The notes: generated from the letters alone by a model not told the origin. DNA of 58,822 nucleotides from Candidatus Paceibacter sp. (GCA_020724885.1 DYGD01000001.1:7018-65839), one strand, 5' to 3'; counted from the stretch's first letter, positions 19,120 to 29,693 are shown. A program made the numbers and translations.

Positions 19120-19479
19120 TTATTTTCCGGGTGCTTTGTTTGTACCCTCTCCCGCCGCTGACTTGGCTGCTTTGGCCGCCTCAATTTCGGATTCTTTCTT
19201 TTTCTGCTCAAGCTCTTTCTGCATTTTACCGCCATGCCTAATGAATTTTCTGGTTGGCGAAAATTCTCCCAAGCGGTGACCCACCATATCTTCCGAGACC
19301 CTGACTTCAATATGCTCACGACCGTTATGCACCCCAAAAGCAAAACCAACCATTTCCGGCGAGATTTGGCTGTCGCGAGACCAGGTTTTTATCACGCTGA
19401 CCTCATCCGGCTTTTTGCCCGAGATTTTCTTCAATAATCTCGGATCAACATACGGACCTTTTTTTGCGGATCTAGTCAT
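19120..19479 (-). CDS. rpsS: 30S ribosomal protein S19 with charged C-terminal extension
   Basis: [17 protein letters not shown] and [13 protein letters not shown] motifs. Confidence 0.97.
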   Translation of the reverse strand: MTRSAKKGPYVDPRLLKKISGKKPDEVSVIKTWSRDSQISPEMVGFAFGVHNGREHIEVRVSEDMVGHRLGEFSPTRKFIRHGGKMQKELEQKKKESEIEAAKAAKSAAGEGTNKAPGK

Positions 19480-19595
19480 AACAAAACAAAAACTCGCTGA
19501 GACGAGTAGCTTAATACTAACAAAAAGCAATTTATTGTCAATCAGGAATAAAAGAAAGCCCGCCGGGTGTTCGGCGAGCGTGGGGGCTGTTGGGG

Positions 19596-19946
19596 TCAGT
19601 AAGGGTCCATAGTCCTCCAACCCTGCGGAAGAATTACTTGGCTCTGGAAGCCGACGTGTGGATTACCAAACCCAACCTGAAGCTTGCCGATGGTTCCATC
19701 CAGTATCCAATCAAGAGCATCCTCGTGGGTTTTGAATAAAACCGGGATGAAGAAATGACAGCTGCTGTCGGAGTGACACTGGGCCATCAACATAGTGCAG
19801 GTCTCGCGATCCGCCACGGCAAAGCCGTTTGGAAGAAGCTGAACCGCGTAGAGGTTGCTGCGAAGTACCTTCGCCGTGTCGCCATGGTAGTCCACCGTTC
19901 TCGTTACCACATCGCGACTTTCCTTGCCGATCCCTGTTTCAGGCAT
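19596..19946 (-). CDS. orphan protein inserted between rplB and rpsS
   Basis: AGGAGG SD, upstream TTGCAG-17-TAGTCT and a downstream hairpin with T-run. Confidence 0.6.
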   Translation of the reverse strand: MPETGIGKESRDVVTRTVDYHGDTAKVLRSNLYAVQLLPNGFAVADRETCTMLMAQCHSDSSCHFFIPVLFKTHEDALDWILDGTIGKLQVGFGNPHVGFQSQVILPQGWRTMDPY

Positions 19947-20048
19947 AGTTTACCCTCCTTTTCATGTTGCGAACCACTAGAACTCTGATTCTCAGACTAA
20001 CATCTTTTAAAAACTACTGCAAATTCTTAACCCTACCGCTAAAATTAA

Positions 20049-20165
20049 AATAACGACTTACGATGTCGTTATTCATTAAAATATGACTACTATTTTTAGT
20101 TTTTAAAATCTAGAAAAAAGATTTTTTCTAGTGATTAGTCAAATAATGGCTTACGATGTCATTAT
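20049..20165. repeat. paired TTACGAT-centred palindromes around an AT-rich spacer
   Basis: AATAACGAC-TTACGAT-GTCGTTATT and ATAATGGC-TTACGAT-GTCATTAT; third copy at 30225-30257. Confidence 0.8.
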
Positions 20166-20169
20166 GTGT

Positions 20170-21015
20170 CTATCCCCGCTTTTTCCCAACTTTTCGTCTG
20201 GAGACAATAAATCTATTTGAATACTTTTTAGGACGCCTGGTTTTTTGGCCCTTGCCGGTCGGTTTGCCCCATTTGCTTTTTGCTCTTCTCGTACCTCGTC
20301 CGCTTCGGCCCTCGCCACCGCCGTAAGGATGGTCAACCGGATTCATAGCGGAACCGCGCACCGTCGGGCGAATTCCGAGCCAGCGATTGCGCCCGGCCTT
20401 GCCGATATTCACCAGACGATTTTCTTCATTGGAAACCGAGCCAACTGAAGCCCAACAATTTTCAGAAACCTTGCGGACTTCGCTTGACGGCATTTTAAGA
20501 CCGACATAGCCGGCGTCCTTGGCCACAATTTCGGCGTAATTTCCGGCGCTTCTGGCCAATCGCGCCCCACCGAAAGGTTTCAGTTCAACATTGTAGACAA
20601 AAGTCCCAACTTCAAGATTTTTAAGCGGTAAGCGATTGCCGGCTTTAATCGGCGCTCGTGCGGAAATCAAAAGACCCTCGCCGACATTAACTTTCTGTGG
20701 CAAAAGAATATATCTTTTTTCACCGTCGGCAAAAACCGCCAGACCGATAAAACCGGTTCTGAACGGATCATATTCCACCGAAACAATTTTGAAGGGAATG
20801 TCTTTTTTATCCAACTTGAAGTCAACCATTCGGTATTTCTTTTTGTGACCACCACCTTTATGGCGAGTGGTAATGCGACCGAACTTATTTCTTCCAGATG
20901 CCTTTTTGCCGCCCTTAGTTAAGGCCTTTTCCGGTCTGACCGCATTTAAAACACCTTTAAAACTAGGTGTTGTCATCTGTCGTCTGCTTGGTGTTGTCGG
21001 TTTAAATTTTTTCAC
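20170..21015 (-). CDS. rplB: 50S ribosomal protein L2
   Basis: GRITTRHKGGGHK and RPTVRGSAMNPVDHP.GGGEGR motifs. Confidence 0.98.
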   Translation of the reverse strand: MKKFKPTTPSRRQMTTPSFKGVLNAVRPEKALTKGGKKASGRNKFGRITTRHKGGGHKKKYRMVDFKLDKKDIPFKIVSVEYDPFRTGFIGLAVFADGEKRYILLPQKVNVGEGLLISARAPIKAGNRLPLKNLEVGTFVYNVELKPFGGARLARSAGNYAEIVAKDAGYVGLKMPSSEVRKVSENCWASVGSVSNEENRLVNIGKAGRNRWLGIRPTVRGSAMNPVDHPYGGGEGRSGRGTRRAKSKWGKPTGKGQKTRRPKKYSNRFIVSRRKVGKKRG

Positions 21016-21044
21016 AATATTTACTATTTTCTATTTGCTATTTT

Positions 21045-21434
21045 TTATACCAGCTCTATCCTGTCGCCCTCTTTTAAATATACATAGGCCTTTTTCACGG
21101 CCGGTTTTCTACCGACTTTACCTCTAATGAAAAGTTTCTTGGCCGGATTCTTAACGATATTTATTTTCCGTGGGACCATCTTATAAATCTGCACAAAAGA
21201 TCTTTTTATCAAGGCCTTTGTTGCGTATGGAGCAACCTCAAAAACATAAACGCCACGCTGCTGCTCATCGGTTGCCTTTTCAGTTATCCGAGGACGGAAA
21301 ATCACATCAACCGAACGCTCAGTAGAAGCGACTGACACTTCTCCAACCGAACCCCTCTCCGGCATTTCTTTAACTTTATCGGATTTAGTTTGTTTGGATA
21401 TGTTTTTGTCTTTTTTTGATTTAAACAGCGCCAT
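21045..21434 (-). CDS. rplW: 50S ribosomal protein L23
   Basis: P.ITEKA and KKAYV.L motifs; N-terminal extension. Confidence 0.95.
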   Translation of the reverse strand: MALFKSKKDKNISKQTKSDKVKEMPERGSVGEVSVASTERSVDVIFRPRITEKATDEQQRGVYVFEVAPYATKALIKRSFVQIYKMVPRKINIVKNPAKKLFIRGKVGRKPAVKKAYVYLKEGDRIELV

Positions 21435-21449
21435 ATTTGTTTATTAAAA

Positions 21450-22112
21450 CTACACTTGACCAGCCGGGATACTTTTTATTGATTTTTCTGGGTCAGTTAT
21501 GATTAAAAATTTGTATTTAAGCAACAGATCCAAATTGATATTTCTTATCTCGCTGGTCTCCAAATTACCGAAATTCCTGAAACTCTTCTTGATATTCTCA
21601 TCTCGCTCATTGAATGTAATCAAAGATGAATTTTTTTTCTTTGAAACAAGACCCTCCAAGCCGCGAATCTGACTCAAAGAAGCCAAAACTTTTTTGGCCT
21701 CGCTTGCTTTCGGCTCGGCGAAATCAAACGATTCAATAAAAAAAATTTCGCCATCATTGAGTTTCTTGGAAAGAACAACGCGCAAGGCCTTGGCTTTCTC
21801 CTTTTTGTTTATCTTCCGACTGTAATTCTTATCATTTCTCGGCCCGTGCGTCACACCGCCACCAACCCAAATCGGACTCCTTATTGACCCGTGTCTGGCT
21901 CGACCAGTACCCTTCTGTCGCCAAGGTTTTTTGCCACCGCCACGAACTTCGCCACGAGTTTTAGTATGAGCCGTACCAGCTCTTTTATTGGAAGCAAAAA
22001 TCATAGACGCCCTGTGGACCAAGTCGTCATTCCAAGGGACACCGAAAACACTTTCCGGCAACTTTATCTTGCCTGTCTCTTTGCCGTCCTTGTTGTAAAT
22101 TACAGCTTCCAT
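21450..22112 (-). CDS. rplD: 50S ribosomal protein L4
   Basis: [24 protein letters not shown] motif. Confidence 0.98.
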   Translation of the reverse strand: MEAVIYNKDGKETGKIKLPESVFGVPWNDDLVHRASMIFASNKRAGTAHTKTRGEVRGGGKKPWRQKGTGRARHGSIRSPIWVGGGVTHGPRNDKNYSRKINKKEKAKALRVVLSKKLNDGEIFFIESFDFAEPKASEAKKVLASLSQIRGLEGLVSKKKNSSLITFNERDENIKKSFRNFGNLETSEIRNINLDLLLKYKFLIITDPEKSIKSIPAGQV

Positions 22113-22117
22113 AAAAT

Positions 22118-22741
22118 CTACATTGAGACAACTTCAACAACCGTACCGCGCCTGCCGGGGACAGCGCCAGATATCAACAGACGCCCCTCCTCCTTATCAA
22201 GACCGACGACTTTAAGGTTCTTGACAGTTATTTTCTCACCACCCATTCGGCCAGCCATCCTTATTCCCTTGGCAACCCGACCGCCGGCTCGACCACCACC
22301 ACCAATAGAACCCGGTTCTCTTTCAGAATGTTTCTGTCCGTGACTTCTAGGACCACCGGCAAATCCATGCCTCTTAACCACCCCTTGAAAACCTTTTGAC
22401 TTTGAAAGAGCCGAGACCCGGACACTGTCGTTTTCAGAGAATATAGAAAGATCAATCTTATCACCAACCTTAAATGCAGACAATTTTTCGGCCGGTAAAC
22501 GAAACTCTTTAAAATAACGGAAACTACCGATACTCTTAAGATGCCCTTTTTGTGGCTTCTTTACTTTTGAATCCTTTATTCCCTGAAAGGCCACTTGCAA
22601 CGCCGAATATCCGTCAGTTTCTTGATTTTTGACTTGGGCTATCGCTTGTGGATAGACCATCACCAAAGTCGCCGGAATCGCTTTCCCATCTTTATCAAAT
22701 ATTTGAGTCATTCCGACTTTTTTTCCGATGATAAACTTCAT
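22118..22741 (-). CDS. rplC: 50S ribosomal protein L3
   Basis: GKKVGMTQ, KGFQGVVKRHGF and MAGRMG motifs. Confidence 0.98.
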   Translation of the reverse strand: MKFIIGKKVGMTQIFDKDGKAIPATLVMVYPQAIAQVKNQETDGYSALQVAFQGIKDSKVKKPQKGHLKSIGSFRYFKEFRLPAEKLSAFKVGDKIDLSIFSENDSVRVSALSKSKGFQGVVKRHGFAGGPRSHGQKHSEREPGSIGGGGRAGGRVAKGIRMAGRMGGEKITVKNLKVVGLDKEEGRLLISGAVPGRRGTVVEVVSM

Positions 22742-22746
22742 AATAT

Positions 22747-22805
22747 CTCGGCACTAATTTACTAACGCCCGCCTTTGGCGGGTGCGTTCGTGGATTGGTG
22801 TCGGG
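22747..22805. repeat. hairpin element filling the rpsJ-rplC spacer
   Basis: CTCGGCACTAATTTACTAACGC...GCGTTCGTGGATTGGTGTCGGG inverted repeat. Confidence 0.75.
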
Positions 22806-23165
22806 TTAGATAATTTTCACATCTATCTCAACTCCGGAGGGCAAGCTGAGATTGGTAAGCGATTCAATAATTTTTGGATCGGGGTTGACTATATCAATCA
22901 TCCTCTTGTGAATCCTCATCTCAAACTGCTCTCTGGAGTTCTTGTAAACAAAAGAGGCGCGATTGACTGTATATTTTTTAATTTCTGTTGGCAAGGGTAC
23001 CGGTCCCACCACCTCCGCATCAAACCTCAAAGCTGTATCAATTATCTGTTTGACAGAAAGATCAAGAACTTTATGTTCGTAAGCTCTGACACGAATTCTC
23101 AACCTTGAAATACTGGCCGTTTCGGCCTTCTTGCCTGCCTTTTGTTTTTTTTCTTTGGTGGGCAT
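22806..23165 (-). CDS. rpsJ: 30S ribosomal protein S10
   Basis: GPVPLPT and SREQFEMRIHKR motifs. Confidence 0.98.
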   Translation of the reverse strand: MPTKEKKQKAGKKAETASISRLRIRVRAYEHKVLDLSVKQIIDTALRFDAEVVGPVPLPTEIKKYTVNRASFVYKNSREQFEMRIHKRMIDIVNPDPKIIESLTNLSLPSGVEIDVKII

Positions 23166-23229
23166 AACTCAATCAACAACCCATACAACGCTAAGTGAGT
23201 GTTGTGTGGGCTGAAGAATTTTTATAAAC

Positions 23230-24420
23230 TTATGCGATAACCTTGGTCACCACTCCGGCGCCGACAGTTTTACCTCCTTCGCGAATGGCAAATCTCTGTT
23301 GTTCTTCCAGGGCGACCGGAGCAACCAGCTTGACTTTCAATTTAACCGTATCCCCGGGCATTACCATTTCTGTCCCTTCCGGCAAAGTCGCTTCGCCAGT
23401 CACATCAGTTGTTCGCATATAGAATTGTGGTTTGTAGCCAGTGAAAAACGGGGTGTGGCGACCGCCTTCCTCTTTCTTCAAGATATAAACTTCGGTTTCA
23501 AATTCAGTATGAGGGGTTATTGACCCAGTTTTAGCCAAAACTTGACCTCTGTGAACATCCTCTTTTTTAAGCCCGCGAAGCAAGATTCCGGCATTATCGC
23601 CAGCCATACCTTCCGACAGAGATTTGTTGAACATTTCAATACCGGTGACAACTGTTTTTTGGGTGTCTTTCAGACCAACAATTTCTATCTCCTCTCCAAC
23701 CTTCAGCTTACCTCTCTCAATCCTTCCGGTGACAACGGTGCCTCGGCCCTCAATTGAAAAGATATCTTCAACTGGCATCAAAAACGGCTTGTCAATCTCA
23801 CGCTCCGGCATCGGAATATATTCATCCAATGCATTAGCCAAATCAAGAACCTTTTTTGACCATTCATCATCATTATCCTTGGCTTCCAAGGCCTTGAGAG
23901 CGGAACCACGGATAATCGGCGCATTTGCTCCGTCAAATTCGTATTTGTTCAACAGTTCCCGGACTTCTTCTTCAACCAAATCAATCAATTCGGCATCAGG
24001 CACAGCGTCGCACTTATTCAAGAAGACGATGATTTTTGGCACGCCAACCTGCTTTGCCAAGAGAATATGCTCTCTGGTTTGCGGCATAACACCATCAGTC
24101 GCGGCGACAACCAAAACCGCGCCATCCATCTGTGCCGCGCCGGTAATCATGTTTTTAATGTAATCGGCATGTCCCGGAGCATCAATGTGGGCATAATGCC
24201 TTTTGTCGGTCTCGTATTCGTTGTGAGAAAGAGCAATAGTAATGCCTCGGGCCTTTTCTTCCGGCGCCGAGTCAATTTGGTCAACTCCTTTCAACTTAAC
24301 ATTTTTGCCGGCGCGATTTAAGACATTTAGAATCGCGGCGGTTAAAGTGGTCTTGCCGTGATCAACGTGGCCAATGGTGCCGACATTGACGTGTGGCTTG
24401 GAACGATCAAATTCAGTCAT
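23230..24420 (-). CDS. tuf: elongation factor Tu
   Basis: [26 protein letters not shown] and [13 protein letters not shown] motifs. Confidence 0.99.
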   Translation of the reverse strand: MTEFDRSKPHVNVGTIGHVDHGKTTLTAAILNVLNRAGKNVKLKGVDQIDSAPEEKARGITIALSHNEYETDKRHYAHIDAPGHADYIKNMITGAAQMDGAVLVVAATDGVMPQTREHILLAKQVGVPKIIVFLNKCDAVPDAELIDLVEEEVRELLNKYEFDGANAPIIRGSALKALEAKDNDDEWSKKVLDLANALDEYIPMPEREIDKPFLMPVEDIFSIEGRGTVVTGRIERGKLKVGEEIEIVGLKDTQKTVVTGIEMFNKSLSEGMAGDNAGILLRGLKKEDVHRGQVLAKTGSITPHTEFETEVYILKKEEGGRHTPFFTGYKPQFYMRTTDVTGEATLPEGTEMVMPGDTVKLKVKLVAPVALEEQQRFAIREGGKTVGAGVVTKVIA

Positions 24421-24562
24421 ATTTTTATTTAAAACTAATTATTAATTATTTGGATGTTGTTTAAAAAAACAACAAAGACCATTACACTTTTGTGTAGACA
24501 CTATCCTAACAGAAAATCTTATGGCGTCAAGCGTTTTCTGTTAACTGCCTGTTGATTAAAAA

Positions 24563-24590
24563 CTGCCCCGTCCGCAAGCGGACGGGGCAG
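24563..24590 (-). terminator. GC-rich hairpin (terminator or DGR-type stem-loop)
   Basis: CTGCCCCGTCCGC-AA-GCGGACGGGGCAG followed by a T-run on the minus strand. Confidence 0.7.
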
Positions 24591-24635
24591 AGAAGGTCAG
24601 GGTGCTTGAATCTGGTACACCCAGATTCCTGGAAA

Positions 24636-25154
24636 CTAAGCGCGGAGGAACAGCCGGCAACCGGCTCTCCAAACACATTCATGTAGGTCAGACTCAGCGC
24701 CCCAGCCCCAGCCATAACCGGAGTACACACCAATCAGTCTGACACACACGACCGCAAGCGCAAGAGGGTCATCTTCAGTCAGAACTAAGAAGAGAACATG
24801 CTTAATGTTGAGGAGGAAGTGGCCAGTCACCCCATCCCACGAATCGTTCAACACATAATTCCACTGATCCACCGCGTGGCGGATCTGACTGGGGGTAAAG
24901 ATGTGTTTCTCGCGAACAACCTCCTCACCTCCGGCTGCTTCCACTATCTCGTCAATCGTCATGTCATGATCCAGAGTGTACCCCTGGAATCTCATTGCCG
25001 GGGTTTCTCCATCACGCATCCGAACGGGAAGAAGATCCCGTTGATGGAAGGGTGAACTGGGATCTACGCTCGCCGTAAGGAAAGCATCAGCCCTCGACGA
25101 GAGAGCCGGAATCTCCAGAACAAAGTCCTTGGCAACGGAGAGTGTCCCTGTCAT
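24636..25154 (-). CDS. orphan protein between fusA and tuf; possible DGR target
   Basis: AGGAG SD; C-terminus VVCV...W...W.AG.RLFLR resembles the variable tails of CPR DGR targets. Confidence 0.65.
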   Translation of the reverse strand: MTGTLSVAKDFVLEIPALSSRADAFLTASVDPSSPFHQRDLLPVRMRDGETPAMRFQGYTLDHDMTIDEIVEAAGGEEVVREKHIFTPSQIRHAVDQWNYVLNDSWDGVTGHFLLNIKHVLFLVLTEDDPLALAVVCVRLIGVYSGYGWGWGAESDLHECVWRAGCRLFLRA

Positions 25155-25391
25155 TTTTTTCTCCTATTCTTTTATTCTTTTTGTTATGCTTCACCTCTCA
25201 CCCTTGACAACGCGCCGCAGGCCACAGGCAAAGCATTTTAGATACAGCCCATAAGGGGCTAAATTTGGCAAAAACCACTTTTGGGCTGTATCCAAGAACT
25301 TCCACGCTTCAAAGAGCAAAACTGCCTCTAGTATACACTAAAGCAGTGTTTTGACAAGTTCGAAAAACCCCCTATTGGCTAGCGGCCAAAA

Positions 25392-27527
25392 TTATTTCCT
25401 CGCCTCAATAATTTCCTGCGCAACATTGGGCGGAACAATGGCGTAATGGTCAAATTCCATCATCGCCGTGCCACGACCTTCGGTCATGGAACGCAAGGAG
25501 GTGACGTAACCAAACATTTCCGAGAGCGGGACTTTGGCGACGATTGATTTCAGTTCGCCTTTATCTTCCATTGATTCAATCACACCCCTTTTTGAATTCA
25601 AACTGCCGGTAATATCACCCATAAACTTTTCCGGCACTACCACTTCAACTTTCATCACCGGTTCAAGCAAAACCGGCTTGGCGCGTTTGGCTGCTTCTTG
25701 AAAGGCCTGCGAAGCGGCGATTTTATAGGCAATTTCTGAAGAGTCAACATCGTGGTAAGAGCCGAAAGTCAGTTCGCAAGAGATGTCGGTCATCTTGTAA
25801 CCGGCAACAACCCCTCTTTCCATCGCCTCTTTGACACCCTTTTCAACTGCCGGAATGAATTCCTGCGGAATGACACCGCCCTTGATAGAATCAATAAATT
25901 CAAAGCCCTCATCTCGTTTAATATTTTTCGGCAGTTTTTCCGGCGCCGGCCCGAGTGGCTTGACATTGATTTTAACATGGCCGTATTGTCCGCGGCCGCC
26001 GGTCTGTTTGATGTATTTATTTTCAACTTCAGCAGTGCCGGTAATGGTTTCCTTATAAGCAACCTGCGGCTTGCCGACATTGGTCAGAACACCAAACTCC
26101 CTTTTCATTCGGTCTACCAAAATTTCAAGATGAAGCTCGCCCATACCCATAATGACCGTCTCACCGGTTTCCGGATCACTCTTGACTCTGAAAGTCGGGT
26201 CTTCATCAGACAACCTCTTTAATGCAATGCCCATCTTCTCCTGATCAGCTTTGGTCTTTGGCTCAACTCGAAGCGAAATAACCGGCTCCGGAAATTCTAT
26301 TTTTTCTAAAATAATCGGCTCGCTTTCATCACAAAGTGTGTCGCCGGTCTTGGCATTTTTCAAGCCAACTGCCGCTGCGATTTCTCCGGCATAGACGGTT
26401 TTAACTTCCTCTCTTTCATTGGCGTGCATTCGCAAAATCCGACCGAGCCGTTCGCGTTCGCCGGTAGTGGCATTATAAACATAAGAGCCGGCAGAAATTA
26501 TGCCCGAATAGACCCGAAAATAGGTTAATTGGCCAACATAGGGGTCGGTCTGTAATTTAAAAGCCAAAGCGGCAAAGGGTTCCTCATCGCTTGAATGTCT
26601 TTCAATCGATTCTTCGGTCTTGGGATCAATGCCTTTGATCGGTGGGACATCTGTCGGAGACGGCAAGTAGTCAACGACCGCATCCAAAACCAACTGTACC
26701 CCTTTATTCTTCAAAGCCGAACCAGTGAAAACCGGTACAATTTTATTTTCAATAACCGCCTTGCGCAAAATCCTTTTAAGATCAGCGAATGGAATCTCTT
26801 GGCCTTCAAGGTATCTACCCATCATCTCTTCATCGTTTTCAACAATTTTTTCAACCAGTTCGGAGTGGTATTTCCGGGCAAGCTCTTTATGGCTGTCAGG
26901 AATTTCAGCTTCGCGGACAGAATTGCCCATTTCTCCATCAAAGTAATAGGTCTTCATCTTGAGAACATCAATAATCGCCTCAAAGGCGCTTTCTTCGCCA
27001 ATCGGGATCTGCATTCTAACGGCGTTTTTAGTCAAACGTTTCAAAATTGATTGAAATGATTTTTCAAAACTGCCACCCATCCGGTCCAATTTGTTAATAA
27101 AACAAATTCTTGGAACTCTATACTTGTCGGCTTGTCGCCAGACGGTCTCGGATTGTGGCTCTACTCCAGCAACTCCGTCAAACACAACAACTCCACCGTC
27201 TAAGACCTTGAGCGACCGCTCTACTTCCACAGTAAAATCCACGTGTCCCGGGGTATCAATAATATTGAAACGGTGTTTCTTGCTCTGGTCTGTTTTATCT
27301 TCATAAGTCGGAACCCAAAAGCAGGTGGTCGCCGCCGAAGTGATGGTAATACCCCTTTCTTTTTCCTGCTCCATCCAATCCATAATGGCCTGACCTTCGT
27401 GAACCTCTCCGATTTTATGGGAAACTCCGGTATAAAAAAGCACCCTCTCGGAAGTAGTGGTCTTGCCAGCGTCTATGTGGGCGATAATGCCGAAATTTCT
27501 TACTTTTTCTAGTGGATAATCTCGCAT
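25392..27527 (-). CDS. fusA: elongation factor G
   Basis: [31 protein letters not shown] and [10 protein letters not shown] motifs. Confidence 0.99.
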   Translation of the reverse strand: MRDYPLEKVRNFGIIAHIDAGKTTTSERVLFYTGVSHKIGEVHEGQAIMDWMEQEKERGITITSAATTCFWVPTYEDKTDQSKKHRFNIIDTPGHVDFTVEVERSLKVLDGGVVVFDGVAGVEPQSETVWRQADKYRVPRICFINKLDRMGGSFEKSFQSILKRLTKNAVRMQIPIGEESAFEAIIDVLKMKTYYFDGEMGNSVREAEIPDSHKELARKYHSELVEKIVENDEEMMGRYLEGQEIPFADLKRILRKAVIENKIVPVFTGSALKNKGVQLVLDAVVDYLPSPTDVPPIKGIDPKTEESIERHSSDEEPFAALAFKLQTDPYVGQLTYFRVYSGIISAGSYVYNATTGERERLGRILRMHANEREEVKTVYAGEIAAAVGLKNAKTGDTLCDESEPIILEKIEFPEPVISLRVEPKTKADQEKMGIALKRLSDEDPTFRVKSDPETGETVIMGMGELHLEILVDRMKREFGVLTNVGKPQVAYKETITGTAEVENKYIKQTGGRGQYGHVKINVKPLGPAPEKLPKNIKRDEGFEFIDSIKGGVIPQEFIPAVEKGVKEAMERGVVAGYKMTDISCELTFGSYHDVDSSEIAYKIAASQAFQEAAKRAKPVLLEPVMKVEVVVPEKFMGDITGSLNSKRGVIESMEDKGELKSIVAKVPLSEMFGYVTSLRSMTEGRGTAMMEFDHYAIVPPNVAQEIIEARK

Positions 27528-27530
27528 AAA

Positions 27531-27985
27531 AACTAATTACAAATCTAATATAAATATACAAATTTCAACCTCTGATATTTAAAATTCTCTTGAATTTCAC
27601 CTCATCCGTCCCAAACTGTGCAATTATTCCTAGTTTTAGATTCTTGGCTTTTAAGTAACTTAGAATTTGGTCTATATTTCTTTTGCTAACTCTATTTCCT
27701 TTTTTTAATTCAAGAACAATTTTATCTTCTATCAATAAATCTAAATAATACTTTCCTATAACCTTATTCCTAAACTTCACTGGAAAGTAGACCTGTCTGT
27801 TATGTTTTATTCCATTTTCCGTTAATAAGCTTGAAACGGCTTCTTCATAAACTTTCTCCTTGTGTCCAGGACCAATCGTGTTATAAACTTCAAACAGAAA
27901 CCCAACTATTTTATAGCTCAATTCTGGATAGACCAGTTCTGAATCTTTCTTCATTTGTATATATGTATCGGATTTGTAATTGGCT
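27531..27985. mobile_element. inverted-repeat-bracketed GxxExxY cassette (putative)
   Basis: 33 bp arms at 27531-27563 and 27953-27985, 27/33 complementary, enclosing exactly one ORF; mobility is inferred. Confidence 0.55.
27565..27954 (-). CDS. GxxExxY protein (PD-(D/E)xK nuclease-like)
   Basis: GPGHKEKVY, DLLIEDKIVLELK and Q.LSYLK....LG motifs. Confidence 0.93.
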   Translation of the reverse strand: MKKDSELVYPELSYKIVGFLFEVYNTIGPGHKEKVYEEAVSSLLTENGIKHNRQVYFPVKFRNKVIGKYYLDLLIEDKIVLELKKGNRVSKRNIDQILSYLKAKNLKLGIIAQFGTDEVKFKRILNIRG

Positions 27986-27990
27986 CTTCA

Positions 27991-28461
27991 TTACCATGCG
28001 AAGTGAGCAAAGGCCTTATTGGCCTCCGCCATCTTATGGGTATTTTCCCTCTTTTTTACCGCCTCGCCTTCGTTTTTGCTTGCAGAAATTATTTCATCGG
28101 ACAATCTTTCTTTCATTGGCTTACCTTTTTTATTTCTGGCTGCCTCTACAATCCATTTCATGGAAAGCGCTTGACGTCTCTCGGCCCTGACTTCTCTAGG
28201 AATTTGATAATTGGCGCCACCGATCCGACGAGACCTGACTTCCATTGAGGGCGCGGTATTTTTCAGCGCGGTCTCAAATATTTCCAAAGGATCTTCTGTT
28301 TTGGTTTTTTGGGAAAGTAAAACAAGGGTGTCGTAAACAACCTTTCTGGCAACCTCTTTCTTGCCGTCTTCCATCACATAGTTAATAAACTTCTCAACTT
28401 TCGGCGAGTCATACTTGAAATCCGGCTTTAATTTTCTTTTGTTTTTTATTTTTCTACGCAT
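27991..28461 (-). CDS. rpsG: 30S ribosomal protein S7
   Basis: [15 protein letters not shown] and [12 protein letters not shown] motifs. Confidence 0.98.
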   Translation of the reverse strand: MRRKIKNKRKLKPDFKYDSPKVEKFINYVMEDGKKEVARKVVYDTLVLLSQKTKTEDPLEIFETALKNTAPSMEVRSRRIGGANYQIPREVRAERRQALSMKWIVEAARNKKGKPMKERLSDEIISASKNEGEAVKKRENTHKMAEANKAFAHFAW

Positions 28462-28471
28462 GATTTAACTT

Positions 28472-28569
28472 ACAACCTATACCACCTCTACTACCTATAC
28501 AACCAATACCAACTACCGGTTGAATTGTGTGGATGTCGGTTTAATTGCTGTTTTTGTTGTAAAGGTTGT
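28472..28569. repeat. 9-mer (ACAACCTAT-like) tandem repeat with an inverted arm
   Basis: Five degenerate 9-mers at 28472-28516, then GTTGTAAAGGTTGT. Confidence 0.75.
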
Positions 28570-28574
28570 CAGTG

Positions 28575-28988
28575 TTAAGAGGCCTTCGGCCTCTTCGCCC
28601 CATACAAACTTCGTCCGCGTTTCCTACCCTCAACTCCGGTTGCATCCAAAACACCACGAACGATAGTATATCTTAACCCGACATCTTTTACCCTACCACC
28701 TCTCAAAACAACAACAGAATGTTCCTGGAGGGCGTGTCCGATTCCTGGAATATAAGCCGTCACCTCCATACCGTTGGTCAAACGAACCCTGGCTATTTTT
28801 CTAATAGCAGAATTTGGTTTTTTCGGGGTCTTGGTTGTCACCTTCACGCAAACCCCTCTTTTGAAGGGCGAAGGATAGTAGGCCGGCTTATTCTTAAGAA
28901 CATTAAATCCCTTGGCTAAAGCAACGGCTTTTGATTTTTTGACAATCTTTTTTCTTTTTCTCTTTACTAGCTGATTTATCGTTGGCAT
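28575..28988 (-). CDS. rpsL: 30S ribosomal protein S12
   Basis: [22 protein letters not shown] and YIPGIGH.LQEHS motifs. Confidence 0.98.
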   Translation of the reverse strand: MPTINQLVKRKRKKIVKKSKAVALAKGFNVLKNKPAYYPSPFKRGVCVKVTTKTPKKPNSAIRKIARVRLTNGMEVTAYIPGIGHALQEHSVVVLRGGRVKDVGLRYTIVRGVLDATGVEGRKRGRSLYGAKRPKAS

Positions 28989-29042
28989 AAATTAAAAACG
29001 CATGAAAAGCGTCCTTGAATGCTATCAGAGACAGTAATATTG

Positions 29043-29693
29043 TCAACTAAAAAAACGCCCCAAACCTTCCAGGCCAGACGGGCCGGTTATAAAATAGAAG
29101 AGCCAGAGAACCAGAGGAAAGATAAAACGCCAAAGCACAAAGATAAATAAAATTACAAAAATAAGACCGAACTGCTCCAAAACAAAGCGGAATCTCTGCA
29201 TATGGTAGGGCAAGATGGAAAAAAGAATTTTTGAACCATCCAGTGGCGGAATCGGCACTAAATTGAAAATTGCCAAAATTATATTAATAAAGACCACCAC
29301 GCTTGCCAAGTCATTAAAAGACATCGGCAAAACCCCCGCTACCGCATTGAACCTCACAATCAGCCCGAAAACAACAGCAATCAAAATGTTGGTCAAGGGC
29401 CCGGCGCCGGCGACAATCGCCTCGCCCCATTTTTGATTCCGCAAATTATACGGATTGTAGGGCACCGGTTTAGCCCAGCCAAAAATTATATTGGTTTGCA
29501 GAATATAGAGAAGCAGCGGAACAAAAACCGAACCAACCGGGTCTAAATGTTTTAGAGGATTTAAAGTTAGCCGCCCGGCATATTTGGCGGTCTGGTCGCC
29601 TAGCCAAAGAGCCGAGTAGCCGTGCGCCAATTCGTGCAAAACCACCGACATTATGAGAATGATTATTATAAAAATGAAATCTGCTCCGGCCAT
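29043..29693 (-). CDS. site-2 protease family (M50) protein
   Basis: HELAH, GRLTLNPLKH.DP and FNLVPIPPLDGS motifs. Confidence 0.93.
   Translation of the reverse strand: MAGADFIFIIIILIMSVVLHELAHGYSALWLGDQTAKYAGRLTLNPLKHLDPVGSVFVPLLLYILQTNIIFGWAKPVPYNPYNLRNQKWGEAIVAGAGPLTNILIAVVFGLIVRFNAVAGVLPMSFNDLASVVVFINIILAIFNLVPIPPLDGSKILFSILPYHMQRFRFVLEQFGLIFVILFIFVLWRFIFPLVLWLFYFITGPSGLEGLGRFFS

Noticed and set aside
14114-19620. Long N-terminal extensions on L6, S3 and S19 in the ORF track
   Set aside because: Artefacts of upstream in-frame starts that overlap neighbouring genes or promoters; conserved starts are at 14653, 18730 and 19479
24527-25391. Complete DGR locus
   Set aside because: No reverse transcriptase, and no template repeat matching the ORF 3' end was found in the window; kept only as a candidate remote target
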